Assembly (NCBI GenBank): GCA_965240325.2
Contig: OZ251242.1
Span: forward strand, 1,430,096-1,494,095
Length of the DNA stretch: 64,000 bases
Origin: Rebecca billardiae RCC1528
Taxonomy: Eukaryota > Protista > Haptophyta
Direction of reading: 5' to 3'
Numbering within the stretch: position 1 is the first letter of the stretch; each line of letters opens with the position of its first letter. Shown one piece after another: positions 1 to 9,676 of this stretch. The position numbers were made by a program, and so were the translations under genes. The notes under the pieces were generated by a model. That model was not told where the DNA came from. It saw nothing but the letters and a program-made list of their open reading frames with translations, and did not search any database.

Positions 1-2024
1 GGTCGAGCAGCGCGTCGGCGGCGTGCACGGACGCGGGGTCGTCCGTGCGGTGGCACGCGAGCAGCGCCGCCGGCACCCAGCCCAGCGCGGCGGCGCCCTC
101 CTTGTCGGCGTGCGCGCGGTAGAGGGCGCACAGCCGCGCGCGCGCGCGCTCGGCCACGCGCGCGCGCTTGTCGCGCACGCGCGCGCCGACGTCGCCGAGC
201 GCGGCGCCGAGCGCGGGGTCGAGCACGCCGAGCGTGCCGGCCAGGTCGCACAGGCACTCGACCGCGGCCTCGCGCACCAGCTCGCTCGGGTCGAGCAGCC
301 GGCCGCGCACCGCGGCGAGTGCGCTCGAGCCCAGACGTGCTGCGGTCGCGGCGGGCGCGTCCGCGGGCGCGGGCGCGGCGCCACCCTCCGCCGCGCCGTG
401 CAGCGCGGCGATGAGCGGCGCGCAGAAGCCGAGCGCCGAGACGCGCACGCCCTCCACCGCGTCGTTCAGCCGGCCGAGCCACACCTCCGCCAGCTCCTTG
501 TACGCCACAGCGAGCGGGGGCGCGCCGCCGGCGCACGGCTGCGGCGGCGCGGCCGGCGGCGGCGTGGCCGGCGGCGCGGCGCGCGCGCGCGCGCCCTTCG
601 ACGCCGCGGGCGGCTTGGGCGGCGGCGGGTGCGGCGGCGGCGCGTCGGCCTCGCCGCCCTCGCCGCCGTCGGCGGCGCCCTGCGCGCGCCCGGGCACGAC
701 GGCGAGCAGCTTGCCCACGAGGCGCGTGGCGAGCGCGCGCGAGCGCTCCTCCTCCGCGCGCAGCTGCAGCTCGAGCCGCGGCAGCACGCTCACGAGGAGC
801 GAGGGCGCGCACGTGGCGAGCTCGAGCAGCAGCGCGTGCAGCGAGGCGAGCCGCGCCTCCTCCACCGCCTCGGGCGAGGGGGCTTTGGGCGCGGGTTTGG
901 CCGCGCCGGCCGCGCCGCCCGCCGCGCCGCGCGCGCGGCGCGAGCCCGCCGCCGCCTTGGCGCGCCGCCCGCCCTGCGGCTGCGGCTGCTCGTCGGCGCC
1001 CTCGTCGTCCGCGCCCTCGTCGGCGGCGGCGGGCGCGCCCTCCGCGCCGCGCAGCGCGCCGCCGAGCCCCTTCTCGCCGAACAGCGCCGCGTGGAAGTAC
1101 GTCTCCACCACGGGCGCGAGCGGACCCTCGGTCGCGCGCACGATGCGGCGCGCGAGCGCATGCGCCGCGGCCGACTTGGCGCGCGCGGCTGGCAGCAGCC
1201 AGCTGAAGACCTGCGAGAGGATCTCCTGCGGCACGCCCTCCATCTCGTCGAGGAGCGAGAACGCGATGTCGTGCCTGCGCGGCGGCGGTGGCGGCGGCGG
1301 CGGCGCGCGCGCGCGTCGGCGCGCGGCGGCGCGGCGCGGCGGCGCGGCGGCGCCGCGCACGCGCTCGCGCGGCGCGCGGCGTGGCGGCGCACATGGCGGC
1401 CTCGATCTTGACGGAGTGGTCGGGGCGGATGGCGTTGAAGAGCGCGTCGAAGAGCTCCTTGATCTCCTGCGTGAGGTTCATCTCGATCAGCAGCACGAAC
1501 GCCTTGACGAGCGCGAGGCGCTCGAGCAGGTACTCGAGACGGCGCTGCCGCTCGCGCGAGGCGTCCTTCTGGCCGAGGCCGCGGAGCTGGGCGATGAAGA
1601 GGCGGAAGACCTGCTGCAGCATGTCCGCCTCGTACGGCGCGTCCGGCGCGTAGATGCGCAGCACGTCCGACAGGCAGCACGCCACGAGCAGCCGCACCTC
1701 CTCGTCATCGTGGTTGCGCAGGCCCGCGAGCGCGGCCGCGGTCGGGTCGTACGCGCTGTGGTCGTCGGACTGGTCGAGGTCGCGCAGCTTCTGCGCGAGC
1801 ACCTGCGCGCACCGAGCCGGCCCGCGCGCGCCGCCGCCGCGCCGCGCTGCCGCCGCTCAGCGTGCGCGCGCGCGCGCGCGCGGCGGCGGGCGCGCTCGCA
1901 TGCGGCGCGCGCCCGCGCGCGCGGCGCTCGGCACCTTGAGCCTCTCGACGAGGCGCTTCTTGTCGTGCTTCACGTCGGTGAGGTAGCGCGCCTGGAGGGC
2001 GGCGTGCAGCGTCGTCTCCTCCAT
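1..2024 (-). CDS. PDS5: Sister chromatid cohesion protein PDS5, 5' part (runs off the window start); introns 1803-1934 and 1275-1392
   Basis: Spliced translation MEETTLHAALQARYLTDVKHDKKRLVERLK|VLAQKLRDLDQ...NHDDEEVRLLVACCLSDVLRIYAPDAPYE...YLLERLALVKAFVLL matches the PDS5 N-terminal signature (VACCLxDxxRIxAPxAPY). GT-AG introns restore the frame. Confidence 0.9.
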
Positions 2025-2400
2025 CTCGGCGCGCGACGGCGGGCGCGGGCTCCGCGGCCTGCTCGCTGTGCGCGCTGTGGCGTGTGCCCGACTAGCAAGG
2101 GGCCCTTGGCTACTGGTGGCAGCCACCGTGCGCTCACACAGCGCCAACGAGCGTGCGTCGTCGCGAGTTGAGAGTGCGGCGAAGACGGTTGGCGGACGGC
2201 CATTGGGCTGACGAAGTTTCAAAGTTCCCCGGATTCGGCAGCGCCCGGACCCGCTGAGCACCTGTGGTGGTGGAAGTTGGGGGCAAGCGCTGCTCTGCGG
2301 CTGGCCATCTGGAGCCAGTGGAGCAGCAAGCAGGGCGGCGGGTGCTGTGCCGACGCGCCTGCGCCACCTCCTGCGCCTCGAACCTCGCGGGCAGGGAAGG

Positions 2401-4736
2401 ATGCCGGCGGGCGCGGAGCTCGTGACGTACGAGCTCGGCGCGTGCACCCGCTGCGCGCGCCTCTTCTTCGCGCACCGCCTCGACGCGCACGAGCGCGCGT
2501 GCGCGCGCGCGGCCGCGCGCGTCGCTCCGCCGTTCGACTCGCAGCTGCAGCGCGTGCGCGGCAGCGGCGCGGAGGCGTGGCTGCGCCGGCGGCGCGAGCG
2601 CTCGGCGTCGCTGACCGCGGGCCAGCTCGACATCGAGTCGCTCCGCGAGCGCATCGGCCGCCGCGAGCGCACGCGCCACTGGCGGCGCTCGCACGAGGCC
2701 TTTGTGCACGCGCTGCGCTCGCAGCGCGCGGCCGTGCGGCGCGCGCGGCGCACGGAGGCGGCGGCGGGCGGGTTCGTGCCCAGCGGGCCCGGGGACGTGC
2801 CCATCGAGCCCGTGCGCACGAGGCGCTCCGCGCACACCGCGCGCTCGACCCACCTGGAGCTGCCGCGCGGCGCGACGCCGCCGCACCGCCGACCGGGCGC
2901 GCCCTCCGCCGCGTCCGCGCGCGCGCGCGCGAGCATCGCGGAGGAGGGCGGCGCCGAGCGGCGGTGGCGGAGTGGCGGCGGGGCGGAGCACGCCGGCGTG
3001 CCGCCGGGCGGCCGCGACAGCTCGGAGCACGCCCGCGCACTGCTGGCCGCGCGCCGTGTCGCGGCCGCGCTGCCGCCGCCGCCAGCAGCCGAAGCCGCTG
3101 CCGCCTCGGACTCGGCCGGCGGCGGCGAGGGCGGCGCGGCGGTGGGCGGCGAGCGCGGTGGCGGTGGCGCACCCGGCGGGCCGCCCGCCGAGCACGGCGC
3201 GCCGCGCGGCTCGGCGCCGCAGCTCAGCGCGCGCTCGCCGCGGCGCACGCCGCCGCCCGGCGCAGCGCAGCCGCGCCGCGCGCCCGACGGCGGCGCGCCC
3301 GCGCCCGCCCCGGCGGCGGCGGCGGCGGCGGCGGCGCACACGCGCTCGCCTGCGCGCGTGCGCATTGCCGTCGCGGTCACGCCGCCGCCGGCGGCGGTGG
3401 CGGCGGCGGCGTGCGCGAGCGACGCTGCCGCCGAGCGTGGCGGCGGCGGCGGCGGCGGTGCCCAGGGCGGCCGCGGCGCGGGCGTGGCCGCGGCCGCGGC
3501 CGCGGGCGGTCCGGAGGCGGCTCGTCCGGAGTCGGCGCACGCGGAGAAGGGCGCGGACGGGCGCGTGCCGTGCCCGCACTGCGGCCGCCGCTTCGCGCGC
3601 GGCACCGCGCAGGGCCACATCCCGGCGTGCGCGCACACTGTGCACAAGCCCACGCTGCTGCGCGCGCGCACGGGCGGCAACGCCACCACGAGCCGGGCGG
3701 TGGGCCTGGGTGCGGGGCAGGGGCAGGGGGCGCAGCAGGGGCACGCCGAGGGCGCCGCCGCCGGCGCCGGCGGCTCGGGCGTCGTCTCGCCGCGCACGCC
3801 TCCCAAGCACGCGCACGCACCCGCCGCGCGGCGCGCGGCGAGCGCGGGCCGCGCGCGCACGCGCTCGGCTCCGTTCGCTGCGGCCGCTGCGGGGCTGGGG
3901 CGGGTGGGCGAGGCGGAGGCGGAGGCGGGGGAGGGCGGGTGTGGCTCCGCCGCGGGCTCGAGCTGCGCGTCGGCTGTGCCGTCCGCGTGCGCGTCCGCGC
4001 TGCCCTCGCCCAGGCGGGGCGCGCCGCACGCGCGCCCACCCGCCACCGCCTCGGCCGCCGCGCCACCCGCCGTGTCGTGGGCGCAGGTGTCGCCGCCGCA
4101 GCCGCCACAGCCGGAGGGCGGCGCGGCCGAGCAGGCGCGGCCGGGCGGCGGTGCCGCGCGCCCCACCGCCATCCCCGCGCCGAGGCCCCCCTCGGCCGCC
4201 GCGGCCGCGCGGCCGCGCGCGCGCAGCGCCGGGCGCGTGAGTGTGCTGCCCCGCTCGGGCAGCAGCGGGGGCGGCGCTCTGACCGTGCTCTCGCCCCTCT
4301 CGCCACGCCAAGGCGGGGGCTGCGCGCCGCCCGGCGCAGCCGCGGGCGCGGCCGCGGCCGCGGCCGGCCGCGAGCCGTCGGCCGGTGCGTTGAGCGCGGC
4401 CGCGGGCATTGCGCCGGGCGGGTGCGCGGGCGGCGAGCGCGCGCACGCCCCTTGGCACGCCCATGGGCGCGCGGAGGGCACCGGCCTGCCACGCCGCCGC
4501 TCTGCGCCGCTGCTCCGCCGCCGCCGCTCCTCCGACTCTGCGGCGGAGGAGGCAACCGCCGCGGCGGCCGGGGCAGCGGGGGCGGCGGCGGCGCTCGGGC
4601 CGCTGGCCACCGCCGCGCCGCGCCACGCCGCGGCATCGCTGCACCGCGCGCCCTCGGCGCGCGACGTGCGCAGCGCGGGCGCGACGCCGCCGCGCGCCGG
4701 CAGTGGCAGCGCGCTCGGCGGCGGTGCTCGGCGCTT

Positions 4737-4768
<32 letters not shown>

Positions 4769-5700
4769 AGGCCGCGGCCGCGGCCGCAGCCGCGGCGGCG
4801 CCGCCCTCGCCTGCCGGCGCGGGCGCGGGCGCGCACACGCCCGCGCGCGTGCTGCGCGCGGGCTCGCGCGTGGGCTCGCCGCCGGGCGCGCGCGCGGCGC
4901 AGGACGCGCCCCGCTGGGGCGCGGCGGCGGCGGCCCGCTCGCGCGCGCGCTCGCCCCGCGCGCCCGCGCCCGGCGGCGGCGGCGGTGGCGCCGAGCTGGC
5001 GGGCGGAGGCGCGGCCGCGGCCACGCCGGGCGGCGCCGGTGCCGCGGCCGCGCAGTCGCCGCGCTCCGGGCTGCCGCGGCTGCAGCCGCGGCCGCCGCCG
5101 CCGCAGCCGCCGCAGCCGCCGGCGAGGGCGGCCGAGGCGCGCGAGCGCGGCGGCGCGGCCGAGCCGGGCGGCGCCAGCCACGCGCGCACGCCGCCGCCGC
5201 GCGCGCTCGACCCCGCGTGCAGCCCGCGCGCTGCGCACGCGCCGCCCTCGCCCGAGGCCGGCCCGGGCGCGCGCGTGCGCGCCGACGCCGCCGCCAAGTT
5301 CGGCTGGCGCCGAGGCTCGTACGTCTCAAGGCCGCAGTCGCCGCTGCAGCCGGGACGGAGCGGCGCGGCGCAGCACGCGGCCGCGCTGGCGGCGGAGGGC
5401 GGCGGAGGGAGCGCCGCGCCGCGCGCGGCCGATGGCGGCGGCAGCGCGGCCGCCGCCAGCGGCGCGCGCGCGGACGCGAGCAGGCCGGCCGCGCGGCGGC
5501 GCGCCAGCGCTGCGTCGGTGGCGGCGGCGGCGCCTCCGCTGCCGCCAGGCCCGGCGGAGCCGTCGTCGCACGGCCCGCTGGCACCGACGGTGGGCCGCAG
5601 CGCGGCGGCCACGACGCCGGCGCGCCGAGCGGCGGCGGCCCGTGCCGCCGAGGCGGCGGCGGGCGCAGGCGGCGGGCCGCTGCTGCTCGCGCCGTCCTGA
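2401..5700 (+). CDS. C2HC zinc-finger protein (ZC2HC1-like) with long low-complexity regions
   Basis: Two zf-C2HC motifs (CTRCARLFFAHRLDAHERAC; CPHCGRRFARGTAQGHIPAC) plus HWRRSHEAFVHALR, resembling the ZC2HC1 family motif. Confidence 0.75.
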
Positions 5701-6653
5701 TCAGACATCAGAGTGATATAGACAGAGTCGCAGTAGGCAGTAGCAGAGTACTACGACGACGAGTAGCAGTGATGCCGGGACTCCGCTCACAGCCCTCGGA
5801 CCGAGTACCGCCATCATCAGCTTATAATAAATTATATATATTGGCAGCGTAGCGCACGCGCCCGCGGCGGCGGGCAGCTCTGAGAGTGACGAGCGGTCGG
5901 CCGACCGCGCGACTGAGTCCCGCCGCGGCGCCGGGGCGAGAGGCACTAGACAGAGTGCAGCTCCCGCTGCCGGCAGCACGCTATAACGCGACTAATACGG
6001 GCCGATGACTCAGTAGACGTGAGTTAGTGATGAGTATGTATTCTATTGAGTAGCTAGTCCGAGCTGCCGACAGCATGCGGACTCCCTAGTCGTCGTCCTA
6101 GAGTACGCTACTCGCCTAATCGACTCGTCGCATGCCGGCGCCCGGGACCCGCCGCGGCCGGCGGAGCCAGTCACACGACGTGAGTCGTCAGCACTGATCG
6201 ACGACGACGACGACGTCGGTCGCGAACGACGGCGAGAGTACTCCGCCGCCGGTACTGCTCGGAGACGGAGTGCTCCGGGGCGGCGGACAGCTCGCAGGAC
6301 AGCAGCGCTCTGCTGCCGTCGTATAGCTTGACACCCGCGTCAAGAAGTGCTTGGGCACGGTACCGTGCCGCGGCGCTGTGCGGGCTGTCACGTTGACACC
6401 GCGGACTATACGCGGTCGACATTTCACGTTCGTACTTATACTTACACTGCTACTATACTACTATATATCTAGTGAGCGCATTCGACGACCGGTCCGAGCC
6501 GCATGGAGTCGCCATGCCAGTGATGATGATGACGATGATATGGCGCATGAATCCATGAATCATGCATGATATGAGTGAACTCGTCGGGCCGCGGCCTATA
6601 CCGCCAGCGCCTGACGCGCGGGCTGATTAGTTAATGTCGTAGTATGCTGGTTA

Positions 6654-8280
6654 TGGCCCGCGGTGCAGGGCGGAGCGCGCAGCGTGGAGCCCGCACCAGC
6701 GGGCCCGAACCACGTTTCAAAAAGATCTTTGATCAAGAAAAAAGGGACGGGGGGCGATTTTTAGGGCTGGCGGAGACCGAGTTTCGAGTTTTTGAGATCG
6801 CATAGAGAGGTCTATTAGGCCGAAAATAACCGCGCCCAGCTGATTCCCTTAAGTAAAGTGCGATCTGGACGTCAGCTGGACGTGACATTAGTGTAACGGT
6901 TCGTTACGAGCGCGATTTTGTGGGTAGACTCTCGTTCATGTGTGATAGTTTGCCTCCGCCTTGATGAATATGAACTTGGCTTCGCGGCGGTTGGTATCTA
7001 GAGTCTAAAACCCGCAAGCCTTATTGAAAATACCCGCGCAGCTATTCGTTGCCAGCCCATTCCATAGTCACTGACTTACCGAGCTGGCGAGCTCAAAACC
7101 TGCCGCCGTCGCAAGGACGACGTGCTGTGCAGGTTTCTTCTGGGGTGGCGAGCGAGCCGCGACGACTCTTGGTTGGTCCGCAAGGGGGCGCTCGATGGGC
7201 AGGTGCGCGTGGCAAGTGCCGAGTGGCGCCTGGAGCGCGCGTCTGCGGCGGGTCCCGACGGCCGTCGACATCGCGTTCGTGCCCGCTCACTAGTCACTCC
7301 GCACGCCCCTGCCGCGCCCTGTCGATGCCTGCGCGGCCGGCCGGCGCGCGGCCGCGCCGCCGCCGCCGCAGCCGCCGCCCTGTGTTCGGGCTCTCGCAAG
7401 CTCGGGGGCAGCGGCGCATGATGCCGGACTGATCGATCTCTGAGTCTCCGACTTCACCACACGCCCCCCTTGCCATGCCTCTCCGCCAGGGTCTCCCAGA
7501 ACTCTTCTTCAGAGCAGGCGCAAGTCGAACTCGGAACTGGCCGCGGCCCCGCGCGCCGTCGGCTCCCCGTGGCTGTCAGCTCCGCGTGGCCTGGGCGCCT
7601 GGCGTGCCCAGAGCTGGCCGTGCCTCTGCGACGCGTGCCGAGCCTGACCGAGGTGTGTCACCCCGTGCACGCGCGGCGCGCGCAAGCACCGGTGCTGCAT
7701 GGCTGCTCGCACCGTGCTCCCTGGCTCGCGGTCAGTCAGCTCGGCCGCGTGGTGCCTGGTGTGCACGTAGAGTCGCGCTCATGCGTCGCTCACGCCTCGC
7801 GCCCGCCTGTCGGCCGTCGCGCAGGCGCGCAGGTCGAACCCTACTGACCTGCAGATCATCTACTCCTGCGCTGCTGGCGTCGCGGCGACGACGGTCAGCG
7901 GCAGGCCCGAACGAACGGTCGAATCCGCGCGGTCCCGCGCCGTCCGGCTCCCTGGCTGTCAGTCAGCTCCGCCGGTGGCCTGGCGTGCAAGAGTCGCGCT
8001 CGTGCGTCGATCACGCCGAGTCGCATCCGCCTGTCGGCCGTCGCGCACGCGCAGGGGGTCAGGTAAGGGCCGTCTGTGATGAGGGCAGCTCGGCCGACGA
8101 CCGACATCCACACTCGGCGCACGCCGGCGGCGGCGCGGCGCTGGGGCGGCGCGCCGCTGGATGGAGTCTAGTTACACGTGTACGGGACGACTGCGACGGA
8201 GGGTGCACCGCCACCGCGGGCCCCGAACTGCTACGTTCGTTCTACGGAAAAGGACCGCGGAACGCGGTCATATTACCGCG
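6654..8280 (+). mobile_element. Non-autonomous Helitron2/Helentron-like element, copy 1
   Basis: Homologous in inverted orientation to 44100-45738. Asymmetric inverted repeat GGCCCGCGGTG at 6655-6665 and CACCGCGGGCC at 8212-8222. 5' hairpin 6655-6705, 3' hairpin GACCGCG-GAA-CGCGGTC at 8253-8269, internal sub-repeats, no credible ORF. Confidence 0.7.
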
Positions 8281-8373
8281 TAGTATATATATATACATAT
8301 AGGCCTCAGACGACTAGCCGCATCAGCATAGTCCTGATGGGAAGTAGCGTAGTTATATATCATATCCTACATC

Positions 8374-9222
8374 TCAGATCTCCACTGTGGTCTGGCCGCA
8401 CTTGTGGTTGTGGATGTGAGCGGCGCAGCATTGCTTGAGACAGAGCTCCGCCTCGTCCTCGTCCTCGTAGTCATCCTCCTGAGTGATCCAGGGATCCTCC
8501 TCGAAGCGCGACTCGGAGCGGTCGTCGTCCACGTCGCGGTCGCACACCTGCAAGTGGTTCCAGCAGAACAGGCGACTCACCAAGTCCTCGTCGTACGCGT
8601 CGCGGTCCTCCCAGTCCATCGCCCCAACATCAATGTCGCACTCCACACGAAGACGGCACTCGGCGCACTCCCTAAGCTGGGCCCCACGTCGGTAGTGTGC
8701 CGGGCAGAAGGCGGCGGTGCAATGGCTCTCGCTGCAGCAGTAGCGCCCGGAGAAGACCATTTCGAAATCCTGGTACCTCCCATCTGGAAGAGAGCCCTCA
8801 CCATTTCCGTGCAGCCGGCACACGCGCGCTGCGCACCCCGCCGTGTTGCACGTGCGGATCTCACAGCCCTCGAGTGCGCCCGAGCAGACGACACGCACTA
8901 GGCACGTGGGAGTTTGCAAGATGCAGCGGCGCTCCCAGAGCTTGACGGCTCGCTCGATGGTCCTCAGAGGCTCATCCGGGGTCCCGAGGCCGCGGTCGTC
9001 GTCGCCCCGGTCCAAGTCCACGACAAAGGGCGGCGTGAGGCGCAGGGCCTTTGAGCGGCGTCCCGTGAAGCGCTCGTCATCCACAAGCGCGCGCCATCGG
9101 CGACAGACTCGGCGCGCGCTGACCAGATCGCGGTCGTTGAGAATGGTGAGCGCCAGACCCAGCGCGCGATCATCGTTCGCCTCGTCGTGGTCGTCGTCTC
9201 CCGCCATCATCATCATCAGCAT
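8374..9222 (-). CDS. F-box protein with Cys/His-rich, acidic C-terminal region
   Basis: F-box-like LALTILNDRDLVSARRVCRRWRALVDDERF, then DLDRGDDDRGLGTPDEPLRTIERAV and many Cys/His clusters (CRLH, FCPAH, CAEC, FCWNH, CCAAH). Intronless; the start could be any ATG in 9207-9222. Confidence 0.7.
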   Translation of the reverse strand: MLMMMMAGDDDHDEANDDRALGLALTILNDRDLVSARRVCRRWRALVDDERFTGRRSKALRLTPPFVVDLDRGDDDRGLGTPDEPLRTIERAVKLWERRCILQTPTCLVRVVCSGALEGCEIRTCNTAGCAARVCRLHGNGEGSLPDGRYQDFEMVFSGRYCCSESHCTAAFCPAHYRRGAQLRECAECRLRVECDIDVGAMDWEDRDAYDEDLVSRLFCWNHLQVCDRDVDDDRSESRFEEDPWITQEDDYEDEDEAELCLKQCCAAHIHNHKCGQTTVEI

Positions 9223-9537
9223 GCTACGACTATGAGCGGAATTTGCGCATGGCCGGACGGACGGCCGGAAAGCTCCAAAGCCCGAGGTCTCGGTGCGGGG
9301 CAACCGAAATCCAAAAAGGCGGCGCGCTCATTTTTCGGGGGCGCGGATTTCGGGATGAAATGTATTGATGGCGGTGGCCGCCCCAGCCGCTCCGCCCCGC
9401 CGTTGGCCGCCACCATGCGTCGGGGAGGCGCTAGATGGACACCATCGCCGCCAGGCTCGCGCCGCCATGTCTAGATCTATATATATCTATCTAGCTATCG
9501 ATCCATATGCAAGTTGCAACGCGACGACCGACGACGC

Positions 9538-9570
<33 letters not shown>
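9538..9570 (+). repeat. (GAT)n microsatellite
   Basis: About 11 perfect GAT units. Confidence 0.95.
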
Positions 9571-9676
9571 CCGAAGCGGGTCGGCGCTGCATTGCGACCG
9601 ACGCCTGAGTCCTGACTACACTGCGCATGGGGCGCGCCGCACGCAGCTGAGCGCCTGCCAGCTGCGGCGGGCGCGC

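Noticed and set aside
23-5852. Many overlapping ORFs of 400-1280 aa rich in Arg/Ala/Pro/Gly, here and throughout the window
   Set aside because: Shadow frames caused by the scarcity of stop codons at very high GC. Only frames with family motifs and consistent codon bias were accepted.
7420-7520. Peptide ACSEEEFWETLAERH in the conserved block of the element as a transposase remnant
   Set aside because: Too short, closed by a stop, and without a recognisable catalytic motif.
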